A stretch of DNA of 52,558 bases, filler included, from Squatina squatina (Eukaryota), in NCBI GenBank assembly GCA_031763465.1. It is 3 parts of 2 records of this genome, joined end to end, with 100 filler letters (N's around TTAATTAATTAA, not from the genome) between each part and the next. Parts side by side here need not be neighbours in the genome. Positions count along the whole stretch, not along the records: positions 1 to 26,805 come from JARFOE010000192.1; positions 26,906 to 39,299 come from JARFOE010000192.1; 1 more part is not named here. One strand, 5' to 3'. This document shows, piece after piece, positions 21,684 to 34,500 of this stretch (positions within the stretch are counted from its first letter, which is position 1; each line of letters starts with the position of its first letter). The position numbers and the translations under genes are program-made. The notes under the pieces were generated by a model that was not told the origin of the DNA, did not search any database, and was given only the letters and a program-made list of their open reading frames with translations.

Positions 21684-24292
21684 GTGAGCTTGTTTAAAAT
21701 ATACTTACAAAATATTTAGCAGTACTTAAGGATGCAATTTTGTTTTCCAGTGCTCTGACACACCAGTTTGTAATGTAAAATACTCTGCTAAACTCATGTT
21801 GTAAAATGCACCATGGGGTTTATGGCATTTGAGTTTTTTGTGTGTTTTTGTTCAACTAAGACGCTCTAACAATTTTCAAGCACACAAAAACATGATTATT
21901 TCAAGGTACATAAAGCTTTGTGTTCAAATAGTTAGCAATTTTGATGATCCTCACTGTAGAATTAAACCAGCAATACACCTCAAGACCGGAAAGCATTTAT
22001 TGTAGAGCTATGACCATATCTGTAAAATCACTGCCTTCTTTGTTAATCAGCCTTTTGAAAGCCAAAATACTGCTGCAACCCTTTGCACGTGTTTGTGTAA
22101 GTGGTGTCAAAGGGGACTGTTGGAGTATGGATAGCTTGACAAAAGACATTTGAAGGATATGAACAGATGATGATCAATGTACAGTGGAATCCAATTTTTC
22201 ACTCTCGTGCTTCTGATTCTGTTTTTGATATATGCCTTTTTGTGGTTGTATAAGAGTATATCCACATTTCTTCCTTTTTGTTTTCCATTATTTCACACAT
22301 CTTCTAACCAGTGTGGAACAGAGCTTGGAACTAATAAATCTGACTAATGATATTTGCAGATACTTTAAAAAGCTTCGCCTATTTTTTCCCTACCCTGTAA
22401 TTTGGATGTCAGCAAGTGAAGAAGCTGTAAAAATTCCAAGTAGATAATTATTAGATTAATGGACGATAGCCAATATATTTTAATTTAACAGCTTGTGTGA
22501 ATTTATTTTCTGAGTGAAGTTTTGTGAGGAACAATGCAAGACCGTAAAGCTGCATTAAGCCATTTCTGCCCACGCTTGAAACTGATCGTTACGAAGAAAG
22601 TTATATTGCCAGACAAGTATGATGCAGTGTCCCTTTTTGAACTATTTCTTGTATAGTTATTCTAATCTAATTTTACAGTTTAATAGCAAAGTCATCATGT
22701 TGGTCTCAATCATGAGAGAAGAGGTTGTATTGTGGTCTTGAATTACATTAAATTTGTTTCCTTATCTTGGCTGTGTCTTCTGGGAATAAACTCATTCCAC
22801 TTTGTTCAAGCCTAATTTCTACCAGTTGGGCCAAAATAACTAAGGAAGTTAATGGAGAAGCAATGGAGTAATTGAGTAAGGAGAAGAAAGAAATTGTGTG
22901 TAACTATAAATCACTCTCTTGTTTGAATGCCGATCATGATTTTTACCGTAGAAGGGTTTTCAAAGAAGAATTAATCATCCTTAAGAATGTTGTCGGTTGA
23001 AGATGAACTAAAATGGTTAATGTGCAAAACNNNNNNNNNNNNNNNNNNNNNNNNNNNNNNNNNNNNNNNNNNNNNNNNNNNNNNNNNNNNNNNNNNNNNN
23101 NNNNNNNNNNNNNNNNNNNNNNNNNNNNNNGTTACATCCGTACAACTTTTATGTGTAATCCTCTGGTCTGACCTACAAGTCAACTAGAATGGCTCAGCAA
23201 TGTTTCCCCTTATTTTCCTTCTGTTCACAGACACATAAAGGCTGTCTTCAGGGATGGTAGGATGTCATTCAGATAATTACCGTATTCCTGCTGTGTTGTC
23301 ATAATGGAATTTCGGATCACACCCTTCCTCTTCCTCTATACAGGAAGCAGGTGAAGTTGGCAGAGAAAGGCCAGAATCATCTTCTAGAGTCAGTGACATG
23401 TTAAGCGGAATATAATCCTTGCCATCCTAAAAAGTACAGAAGAGAGGCATTTTTATCTTTGCCATATATACTGCTTGTGGAGAAGAAAGTCAGAATTCAG
23501 TATGACAGTTTTTTGCCTGCCCACTGATTCTAATCTATATTAAGGTTTGAACAAGCAACATTCCAGGCAATGTTATCTTCAATTTCCATATGCACTGCTA
23601 TCCACCTCGTTTATTTAACAATAAATCAAAGTCCTGCAATGTTTGTAAATTACATGGAATTTAATTTAGGAATAATAATTGCAATTAATGGGAAAAGTAT
23701 AATTTAGGCATAACACCACAAAAGGAATGGCACAGTATTACTAAGAGCTGCTGAAAAGATTAAACCAATATATACACTGTAAGTAAAATAATTATTTTAT
23801 TAAAGTCACTCTTAGAGTATTGTTGGATATTCAGTATTCCTTAAAAGTATCCCAGAGCCTGCTGTATAATGGACATGGCTGCAGTGTTCTCCCTCTATCT
23901 CAGAGATATAACTCTTGAAACACTGGAAAGGTTTTTACCACATGCTGCTAACTATAAAGACAGAGGGGTGAAGGTTCCGGAAACTCCATCTACTCTTGAC
24001 TGGACTCCATCCCAAATCCTAGAGACAGGATCATTTGAACAATAGGGATATAAATAGCACCCATGGGTTTTGCAGTATGTAAGGCTCCACTGATGGCACA
24101 TGGCTTTGCATAATTTAACATGTAGATATATGATGGCATGACATGTGATCATAACTTCGATACATTGTCAGCAGGCTATTAATTTAAATACGTTTTTTAG
24201 AAGTTGTTTTGGTCCGCTCAGTTCCTAACATATGTGGAAATCTATCCAAGCTACTGAGAAAATCACATAAATACAGCTGCTACAGCAAATAC

Positions 24293-24417
24293 AAACGCAA
24301 AATAATGCGGATGCTGGAATCTAGAATATAAACAAAAAATGCTGAAAAAACTCAGCAGGTCAGGCAGTCAGGAGAGAAAAACAGAGTCAACGTTTCGGGT
24401 CGATGACCCTTCGTCAG
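24293..24417 (-). mobile_element. Penelope-like terminal-repeat fragment ending in a hammerhead core
   Basis: gcaaaataatgcggatgctggaatct...ctcagcaggtcaggcag...aacgtttcgggtcgatgacccttcgtcag. Confidence 0.7.
24386..24417 (-). ncRNA. Minimal hammerhead ribozyme core (stem I apparently incomplete)
   Basis: Minus strand reads CUGACGA-A-GGGUC(AUC)GACCC-GAAA-CGUU-GAC: a CUGANGA box, a 5-bp stem II, GAAA and the palindrome AACGUU. Confidence 0.55.
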
Positions 24418-26805
24418 TAAAGCTGCTGTTTTGTTTCTTGTTAAAATTTCCAGAATATTCAGTTTCTTTTTTCTATATAGTTGCTGTTTGTCTAATGGTG
24501 AGTGCATGCTTTCACCCTGTAGTGACAGACCTTTCGATCAGCTGCCATAACTTCGCAAACCCCAGAAAAAAGGCCTACGTTGCATTTATGCTGTTATTCT
24601 GGAGTTTCCATAGACCTCCTGCCGAAGCTACAACACATGAGTGGGAGAGCCCTTGTGGAAATTCACCCTATAATTATTTGATCAATTGTGTACTGCTGAT
24701 TAGTGTTCAAATGCAGTAAATCTTCTATTTTTAAATAAAGCTTGTACGCATTTTGTTGCAACAGCAAGGATTTTTGTGAATTTAGAAAACACATTGTTCA
24801 TCCTACAACTGAGAAACGGTACTGTCATTGATGCTGTCCTGTGTTGCCCATCACTGTCTTATATATGACAATAGAAATAGAAAGTTAATTTTGGTATAAT
24901 TACATAAATGCATATTGCGATAGTTGTAAGTCGTAATTATACTTTAATGTTGTGTTTAACTTGCTTAAGCCCAGGATCTCTGGAAACCTTGACACAAGGA
25001 TCCAATAATGCTATCTGTTAGTGCAGTGCTGTGACCGTACATAATCTGACTTAACAGTCTGGGAATCCAAGTGTATCTGATAATGTAAGAATAGTCTGAG
25101 TGGATGTTGTTCTTAGTCTTCCTTAGCAGTAATCTTACTGCATGTGTATTTTTAGTCAGAAAAATGAGTGGTGTGGCTTGCTTGGACTGGGCAAGGTTAA
25201 ATGCTAACATATGGATTTTGTAACCACACCATCTTGGCTAGTATCCAGAAAAATACAGTGATAAATGTTCGATCGTTTATTAGCCATGTTTGAACTAAAT
25301 GTCTGTGTTAGGGGAAAAAAGAACTCTTAAAGGGCAGTTGAAATTAATCCGATAATTGTTGCTTCTAATTCCTTTTTGTGGTTGGGGAAAAGAGAAGTTA
25401 AAGAGTGTATGGGAACTACTGTTAGCTTGGAATTATGGAAGCTTTTTAGCCATAGGAACTGAAAATGTTCAGAACAGTCAATGAGTCGGAACAGTTTCTT
25501 ATCATATGGCTAGGAATTTGCTGTGTTCCGCCATGCCCATTGTAATTCGTTTTATGACTTGTAGCATTATTGTGGTGCTGATCACATAATTGTGCCAATC
25601 TTGAAGAAAATGGTCCAAAATTACCACGCGACACATTTGTTTTACACTTTGTGTTCTTGAATTATAAATGCCTGTTACAGATAGTATCCGGTGTCAAGGT
25701 TTCCAGAGATCATGGGCTTAAGCAGGTTAAGCACAATATTCAAGTATAATTACTGCTTACAGTTATCACTAATATGNNNNNNNNNNNNNNNNNNNNNNNN
25801 NNNNNNNNNNNNNNNNNNNNNNNNNNNNNNNNNNNNNNNNNNNNNNNNNNNNNNNNNNNNNNNNNNNNNNNNNNNNTTCTGCAGCTACTAACCAGAAATG
25901 ATGACTGGTCTTCAACCTGAGACCAGTGTCAACGTATTCAGCAGTTGATGTTCTCCATCTGCATGATAACAGGTTTGTTCCACCTAAAACGATTGCGTAC
26001 TTCAGATACAAAGCTGCTGATATGTAGCCACTAAGCTGTGTTGGGCAAGAAGGTTAGCATTTCTCCTAACTTCATCTGTATCATGACATTTTCGGTAATT
26101 GAAGACCTTTTCCTGTAATTGATCTTTTGGTTGTTAAAAGCTACAATTTTCTCTTGTCAAGGTACTTTGATTTTTCTTGTTTTGTGAGGTGGAGGAGGGA
26201 AGTGGTTTCTGTGACTTGCTGTAAGTTAAATGGGCCTGAAATTTTCAGCTGCTGATTTTCAATTAAAACTTAAATGGTCAATCCAAGTTAAATATTATGG
26301 TACCAATATGTCATTTCTGATAGCTACACTGCAGTATGCCAAATGAAATTTTACATTAAAATTAAACACTACTATTGTGAGAAAGGAAGGAATATCTGTG
26401 TTCTTAAAAATGACTACAGGGAAAGCCCAAATACTGGCATGAAGCTGAGAATCTACATGTTGAGCATGATGACAGAATATTTTGTATCACAAAGTCACTG
26501 TTTTTGTTGGCTAATGCAATGAATATGGCTACAAGTAGTGGGCACAGATAAAATAGTGTCTAGATGTGAGTGGATTGGATGCAAATGCAATGTGTTAAAC
26601 TATAAATGACCATTAGACTGCTGCACAAATTCTGTGCATTTGCAAATTGTAGAGTTGCAGTTGGACTGTAATATAAATTTAGGAATCTTAAATTGCTGTG
26701 GGCTGGAATCCTGTCCACATTGCTAAGCACAGAGGTCATCCTTTAACCTCATTCTCTTTTGAGGTCATCTGGGATCTCTCTTGAGCTACCTTACTTATAA
26801 CACAT

Positions 26806-26905
26806 NNNNNNNNNNNNNNNNNNNNNNNNNNNNNNNNNNNNNNNNNNNNTTAATTAATTAANNNNNNNNNNNNNNNNNNNNNNNNNNNNNNNNNNNNNNN
26901 NNNNN
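26806..26905. other. Artificial scaffold linker 44N-TTAATTAATTAA-44N
   Basis: A palindromic 12-mer with stops in all six frames (26850-26861) sits exactly centred in a 100-nt gap. Confidence 0.95.
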
Positions 26906-27853
26906 AGTTAATACTGGGAGTTTCAGCTGCAACTGACAACCAAGCCTGGCTTTCTGCACAAGGACTTCAGATAACTAGCTGTTTGTTATATTTTCACTTG
27001 CTTTGACTTCCTTGTAGATACTGAGTTATGTATTTATCAGAGTGAATTTGGTTTGGAAAGATATAATTATGACAGTTTCTTTTGTAATTTCTGACAAAAA
27101 AGCAGAACAAACGCATTTAACAGTTCTGGTTTAAACTAGTTGCCAGAAGATTCAGTTCATGAATTTGATTTGAATGATGTAATATGCTGAAAAAGACACT
27201 GATGTAATGTGCACTCTGGAAAAAACACGGCCCCCCCGCNNNNNNNNNNAAGCCCTGTCACAATTTTTCAACAAATGCTGAAAGAACTAAATAACCAAGA
27301 ATAAGGTCTCCGTGCCAAAATAAATCTGTCAACCATTTATCAATGTTTAAGCATTGGCGCCATAAAGGCATGTGCAAAGGATTCATTTATTTTTCGGTTT
27401 AATTTTTTGCTGAGTATATAAATGGCAACAAGTTGCACCTTTAACAGGAAAGGTGAATGGAAGGACTGTGTTAAATATAAAATCTTAGGATGTATCCCAA
27501 AGTTCCATCTGTACAATCTCAAGTAGGTCAGCATGGGAATTTGTCACAGAAAGACTCAAAGTCATTTTAAGGCTTAGCCCAGTGGAAGGTCTAAAAGAAG
27601 TTATATGATATGCTTGGCACAGCCCATGAGCAGACCATCTAATAATTAGCATAAAATAATGCAGTACTCAAATAGATAGATATCTTTACTTCTTCAAAAT
27701 ACTGAATTTACTCTCTTCACAGAGCATGGAGAACNNNNNNNNNNNNNNNNNNNNNNNNNNNNNNNNNNNNNNNNNNNNNNNNNNNNNNNNNNNNNNNNNN
27801 NNNNNNNNNNNNNNNNNNNNNNNNNNNNNNNNNNCTGTGGAACACTAATGATA

Positions 27854-28302
27854 AAAGAAAGAGCGTATTGCATTTATATGGCACAGTTCATATATTCAGG
27901 ATGCCCCAAAGTACTTCATTGCCAACCATTTAATTTTTTGAAGTGTGGTCACTTTTATTTTGTAAGTAACTGTGGCAGCCAACTTGCACACAGCAAGATC
28001 CCAAAGACAGCAATGGGATAAAGGACCAGATAGTCAGTTTTATTGACGTTGGTTGAGGGATAAATATTGACCAAAACACCGAGGAGACCTCCAATGCTCT
28101 TCTTCGAATAGTGCCATGGGATCTTTTATATGCACTTGAGAGGGCAGATGGGGGACTTGGTTTAATGTCTCATCCAAAAGATGGCCTCCCCCAGTACTGC
28201 ACTGAAGTGTCAGCTTAAATTAATGCTCAAGTCGCTGGAGTAGGGCTGGAACTTACAGCCTTCAGACTCAGAGGTCAGAGTGACCAAGCCAAGTCGGCAC
28301 AC
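27854..28302 (-). mobile_element. Deu-domain tRNA-SINE, near full length
   Basis: Colinear with 7854-8260 and 1491-1806, with a head region at 28220-28300. Confidence 0.8.
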
Positions 28303-28424
28303 TGATAAATGATCCAAATTACGTTTATTATTGTCCAAAACTGAGCTCCTTCATGATAGATTTCTAGCTATATGTAAGCTAAACAAAGAAACTGTTATAA
28401 AGTTCAAAGTAAAGAGTTGTACAC

Positions 28425-28610
28425 CTTTTGAAGTGCTGACTTTCTGAGGAATGATAACATAGTTGTAAGATTAGAGTCAACAACATTATCAAACAGCTTG
28501 GGAGAATAACCACACTGCTCAGCCAAATGGAGAAATTCCATTGCAACAAATTTATAGAATGCTTGTTTATATATCCTTGATTTAATACTGTTGATATTAC
28601 AAGTTCGTCT
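28425..28610 (-). CDS. Candidate 186-bp internal exon of an unidentified gene
   Basis: Bounded by catcttttgtttcag| and AAG|gtgtac. It spans 62 codons and is open in two frames. I recognise no homolog. Confidence 0.35.
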
Positions 28611-28859
28611 CTGAAACAAAAGATGTCCATAGTCAAATAAATTACTTATGTCCATGTGTTTCTAATTTTGTAGTTTATCATTGGGGAAGGCTAGTAAGTT
28701 AATATTGGAAAAATAAAGACTGCCAATTGTTGTATAAATATATTTATGATCCTTCAAATAACCAGTCAAAGAAAACAGATGCTACATTATGAACTAAACA
28801 GTTGAGTGATCTTTTGCTCTGCTCGTCAAAAATACCAATAGGATCAGCAAATCATCTTG

Positions 28860-28936
28860 AACATAGAAACATAGAAAATAGGAGCAGGAGTAGGCCATTC
28901 GGCCCTTCGAGCCTGCTCCGCCATTCAATATGATCA
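28860..28936 (-). mobile_element. CR1 LINE 3' terminus (young)
   Basis: (aaacatag)n tail plus gaaaataggagcaggagtaggccattcggcccttcgagcctgctccgccattcaatatgatca. Confidence 0.8.
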
Positions 28937-30162
28937 NNNNNNNNNNNNNNNNNNNNNNNNNNNNNNNNNNNNNNNNNNNNNNNNNNNNNNNNNNNNNNNN
29001 NNNNNNNNNNNNNNNNNNNNNNNNNNNNNNNNNNNNCTGCATGAAAAAATTTCTTCCATTGTGCTTTGAGCTTTGTGCTTCAACTAATCCCCTAATAGTA
29101 TGTGGTTTACTTCTTACTTTTGAGGATGTAATATCATATTTTATGAATCACTGCTACCTTTATTTTCTCCACCTTTAGCCAAAAAACAACATCCACACAG
29201 AACAATACACATTTTATTTGGGAAAGAGAGGAGTCCCATATTCATTTTTTTGTGCTGATCATAGTTACTGATATTTGTATTAGGGAATAGAATGCTTTCC
29301 CTTTCAGACACTCAATGCCATTATAAAGCAATCCTAAGACAAGCATAGCATGGTAAGTTTCTGAGTAAATCTTCCTTTACTATGCCCCAATAATGAACAT
29401 CAGCCACTTCCTCAAAAGTAGCCACTACCATGTGCTAAGTTTCAAGTTCCCAAAACAGCCATCTCTGAGTGAAATTGCCAATGTAGTACAAATTAATGCC
29501 AAATAGAAAGTTTTTGCTGTGGGCTACATCTATTAAGAACAGTGTTAAGTCTGCCCAAATTTATTTCATGTAGGATCCTTATAGAGGAGAGTTTAATCTC
29601 ATTGGTCTAGTCTAGATTCAAATTCAGGTCCAAGTGCTGAAAGGCCAATGTCTTATCCACTCAATCCCTTTCCCATGTTAATTAAGACTCTCTTCAATGT
29701 TTCCTTTCAACAGTATTATTTGATAGGTTGCCTGCACATATTTTAACCTTATTTCAGTCCTACAAAATGGATGGAATGATGACCGTGGTCACTTGCCCTG
29801 TAGAAACAGCTGAGGCAGTTGAAATCATTGTTTATATCTGCAGTGTGTGAGTTTGAACCTAGGAGGATGACAAGGCACTATCTTCTACCGAGAACAGAGC
29901 CATCGGCTCTGTAACAACCCCAGACTTGTCCATCAGAAAATTCCGGCTATTATAACTGTCTTCCGTGAGCTGTAGGAGGATTTCGAAACAACAGTACTTA
30001 AATTTATAGCCTTAGCTGTCACTGACAGTTCCTACATTGCACACTTTCTACATTGCTGGCAGCTTTTGAGCTGTGTTTGCAAATTTTATTGGCACCATTT
30101 CATACATTACTTGTGTAACCAGGTTATAGTTGTTTTCATGTAGATAAGAAACAGACGCATCT

Positions 30163-30300
30163 AAGAACATAAGAATATAGGGGCTTAAGAATTAGGAGCC
30201 AGAGTAGGCCATATGGTCCCTCCAGCCTGTTCCCCCATTCAATAACATCATGGCTGATTTTCAATCTCAAATCCACCTGTTCGCCATATCCCTTGATTAC
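30163..30300 (-). mobile_element. CR1 LINE 3' terminus
   Basis: aagaacataagaa...gagtaggccat...ccattcaataacatcatggctgat. Confidence 0.75.
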
Positions 30301-32013
30301 CTTCAGGGGTGAAATCCCCTCGTGCCTCTGCGGAGGGCTAGAACCCAAAGCTTTCAGGTGAGTAGCGCCTCCATTCGTAGGTGCCGCAACGTCGCAAAAT
30401 TCAGGACTTTTTTTTCCTAGGTGAGGTCATCGGNNNNNNNNNNNNNNNNNNNNNNNNNNNNNNNNNNNNNNNNNNNNNNNNNNNNNNNNNNNNNNNNNNN
30501 NNNNNNNNNNNNNNNNNNNNNNNNNNNNNNNNNTTGTACGAGCAGCAGTTCAAGTCATTTGAGATGGCTTGTGCAGTATTGGAGAGCAACAGTCTTCACT
30601 GTTACCTAGTTTCTGCTAAAATTTACAGATATGTAGCCCATCAATTTGTAACAATTGTGACCTGACACTGTCTAACAATTCTGCCTTAATAATCTATTTG
30701 AATAAAATAGTAACAGTCTTGAAAACTGTAGTACAGAAAGTAGAACATAGCCACAGCTAAGGAGTGTATGTACCACCTTCATGTTCATTGTGTAGCAGTT
30801 GCTCTATCTAAGAAAGCAATCGGTTATAGTGTAATGTTTCCATTACGCTAAAAGTGTGTTTACAGTTGATTAAGTTTTCCTTTGATCATCAAAACCCACT
30901 TCCCTCCCATGTCTTACCGAAGCTGATTAAAGTGTGTTCTTTCATTACAAGAAAATATTTCATTTAAATGGCTGACATTCTAGCACCAACATCCACTTCA
31001 ACTTAAGTATTCCATCCCATCTTGGCAGATGATAATGTTCTGTACCTTTTGCCAATCCAAACAAAACATTCCACTCCAATGTTTCAATGAATATGTTATG
31101 TAGCAGCCAGCAACCTGCCTTGAACAGTAACATATGGAGCAGTTTACGCTGGAAAATAGTAAATTGAATAACAAAGTTACTATATATTATCTTTACTTGA
31201 CAATGCTTGTGTCAAAATGTCCAGAGGCATAAGATAGATTGCAGACTCAATCTACTTTTTACTGCAAAAAAATTATGTTTTAATTTTCTGAACACACGTT
31301 TGTATTCCAGTGTTTAACCAGACACATCAGCAACCTGAAATATTTCAGATCTCTGAATATAATGACTTCTGTGGAAATCAAGTGATGTGATGTTGTTCAG
31401 TGGTATTACTTTCGTCTTCAATTAGACTAGACCAGCCTGAATGTTTGAAACATTCTGACAAGATTTAGGATAAGGGTCTAATTATTAACAGTTTTTTCNN
31501 NNNNNNNNNNNNNNNNNNNNNNNNNNNNNNNNNNNNNNNNNNNNNNNNNNNNNNNNNNNNNNNNNNNNNNNNNNNNNNNNNNNNNNNNNNNNNNNNNNAA
31601 GGGCACTGGCTGTGGCAGGTCTGCTCTTCAATTCCTTAAACAAAAAGAGAAATAAATGTCAAAATATCCCCTGAAATAATCACCTTCAATCACAACTTTC
31701 ATTGTTCAATGCTGACTGTAATGTTTTTCAAATCAAATGCATGCTCTTCATTGAACGGGACAGCACTGTACAAAGCCACAAGCTTGGTGGAAGCCTCTGA
31801 CTTCCATGTTTCTAACCCCCTTAATGGTCCTCTGGCCAATGATGCTTAAAATAAATAAATTAAGACTTCCTCTAAAATAGCAGGGAGAGTTTGTTCTACT
31901 ATCAAAAGGTATCATTTCAGTGCCATAGTTTCATTCAGTCTCCAAGTCCTGCACAGTTCTGCATCACAGCTACTATGGTGGTCAAACAAATCACAGACAG
32001 CGATAATAATTAC

Positions 32014-32212
32014 AGGGCTTCATTTTACAATCCAGTGAGGAGTGGCCCTCACAGGAAGCGCATCTTGGGAATTTGCAAGGCACACAGCCTTTGATTTTCT
32101 GTCCATTCATTTTAATTTTAATTTTAGAATCTTAATGGATGGAAAATTCATGTGTTGTGCACTCACAATTCCCCGAGTTGTGCTCACTGCGCACTGGTTC
32201 TGGAATCACCCT
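32014..32212. mobile_element. Fold-back MITE-like element
   Basis: Imperfect inverted arms ttgggaatttg..gcacac..ttttctgtccatt and aatggatggaaaa..gtgttgtgc..caattccccgag. Confidence 0.55.
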
Positions 32213-34275
32213 TACATTTAACCTTTAATCAACCTTTAATAAACTTGACTGCATTGTAGAAACCTGTGTGTAGCATTCAAAGTGTTATTGCATGTGAAGT
32301 GAGTGCCCATATTCTAATGTGTTGATGAATTTAAATCTGTACGATGTTAGTTTTTAACACACCAGGATTCTATTTTAGCATCAGACTTTAACTCACGCTG
32401 AAATAGTTTGCTAAATCCTGTCATAACTGCATACGTCAATTGTTGCCTACTTAATTTCTAAAGGGGTGATCTGATTGGCTGAGATTAATTGTAAAACCAA
32501 CAATATAGAGTTTGGATCCTTCAATATTCTCCATCAGAGCGGCCACTGTGAAATCAAGATTACAGACAGCAATGAAAATACATAACAATAGGTTTTTTTT
32601 AAATGAAAATCGATTGAGATTTCCCTCTGGGTTATGGTAGCAGATTTACTGCTGTTTTTTTCCTGGACAAAATCCAAATTTTTTTCTTTGAAGTGGAAGT
32701 AAAAAATATCAAACTTCTTAATGTTCACCAAGTTCCCCAAACCAGTGGCCATTTTCTTAAACAGCTGCAATAGAACTCCATAAATCCACAAGTAGTAATT
32801 TTATCCACGCAGTAACCATACTAACATTTGTAATGTGTTTCTCATGTGGCAGATTTGTGGTACGACATGGCGGTNNNNNNNNNNNNNNNNNNNNNNNNNN
32901 NNNNNNNNNNNNNNNNNNNNNNNNNNNNNNNNNNNNNNNNNNNNNNNNNNNNNNNNNNNNNNNNNNNNNNNNNNCCCGCGGGATGCAAATGGAGCACCGA
33001 GGGCATTGCAGCCGCGCTGTGCGCGTCAACGTGCATCTTGATGATGTCACATGCCAACCCGCCGCGAAATTCAGCTGGGTAGGTGCAAAGGCCTTTGCGC
33101 CCCAGCTGAATTTCGGGGGAGGCGAAATGGCTGCCTCCCGATGCCATTTTTTTTTTAAACGTCCCATTAGCGCCCCTCGGAGCTAATGGGATGTTAATGG
33201 ATGCCAATTTCGGCCCTCAGGTATTTTAGATCAAATTAACCCAGTCTAGTAAAAACTAGTTTTCTTTAAAGATAATAATCTGATCCCAAACTGTTCTAAC
33301 CCGGAACCATCTTCTGTGCCTAGATCAATGAGAATGCAATGTAAGAAAGAGTAAAAAGGCTCAGCTCCAGCAGTGATTGTTCCAGTAGTGATTGTCCTAT
33401 CTCAGGTTGGATGGTGTTCTTCATTTTGCCTGCCTTTGCTGTTGGAACGTTATTGAGTAGTTGGTTACTCTATTAAAAAAAAACCTTTCTTTTCCCATAT
33501 CCGATCAGTGGTGCTTCATTTCAGATCTTTTGAAGAAGTAAACAGCGATTGTGCGGTTTCCATTGGTGTCACTCTGGTTTCCAATGCTGACTGGGATGGC
33601 TGATTGTTGGAGCTTAATCATTTACACAGTAAACTCAAAAGTCTTTTCTCTCTTTCACAATCTTAATTAGCATATTCTTTGCTCTCTTTTTGAAGTAATA
33701 AACAGCTGTACAAAAGCTGTTTCCATCTGTCATTGTGGTTCTGCTGCATGTTCTGCCTGTGTTTTTTTTTAATATTACAGTGAGTTTGGGATGATGGCTG
33801 AAATATATTTTAGTTACTTAAATGGTAAACAAAAGCATTTGAATTTATTGATATGCTTTTATTAATCTTTTAACTTTTTGATGTAATGAGCAGCTGTATG
33901 GAAAGTTTAGCAACCCCTGTCTTTTAAATTAAAGCTCCATCCATCATGTACTCAGATAAATTTTGTATGCCAGGATGATTCTCAATTCTATAGAATCTTT
34001 GGTTTCTTGTGAGTAATCCTGTTAAGTTATTTTGTATAACTTAAACCCTAAACCTGATGTATTATTCCCAGACATAGCTTTTTTACCGAAGCAGCTTGTA
34101 CAATATTTAAGACATTGTAGCTGATTGTTTTCCAGTTGACAGACAAGTTTTCCACTTGCAGTTTGGGTAAATGTATTTTTCCCATCACTTTTGATTTTTG
34201 AAGCAACAGATAAGAGTGCAAAAATTGTCTCCATGGTGTATTGCAACTGTTTATTGCTGTGTTTTTATTGCTGTG

Positions 34276-34500
34276 TAAGGAAGGAAACCTGCTATCCTTG
34301 CCCTGTCTGGATTTTATGTGACTCCAGTTTCACACCAACGTGATTGACTCATAACTGCCCTGTAACGTGGACTAGCAAGCCATTCAGTTCGATCAAACTG
34401 CTAGAAAGAAAAAACAAAAATAAAACCAGATCACTCGGCTGTGACATAGACATCAAATCAAAAAGACACATGCAGTCCAATCGACCCTGCAAAGTCCTCA
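34276..34500 (+). mobile_element. Repeat sharing the core of the 17253 SINE but with a different 3' continuation
   Basis: aggaaggaaacctgctatccttgccctgtctgg...tatgtgactccag...ctagcaagccattca aligns to 17470-17566, then diverges (...tcgaccctgcaaagtcctc). Confidence 0.6.

Noticed and set aside
31195-31440. Two minus-strand AG...GT exon-like segments
   Set aside because: Both have stop codons in all three frames.
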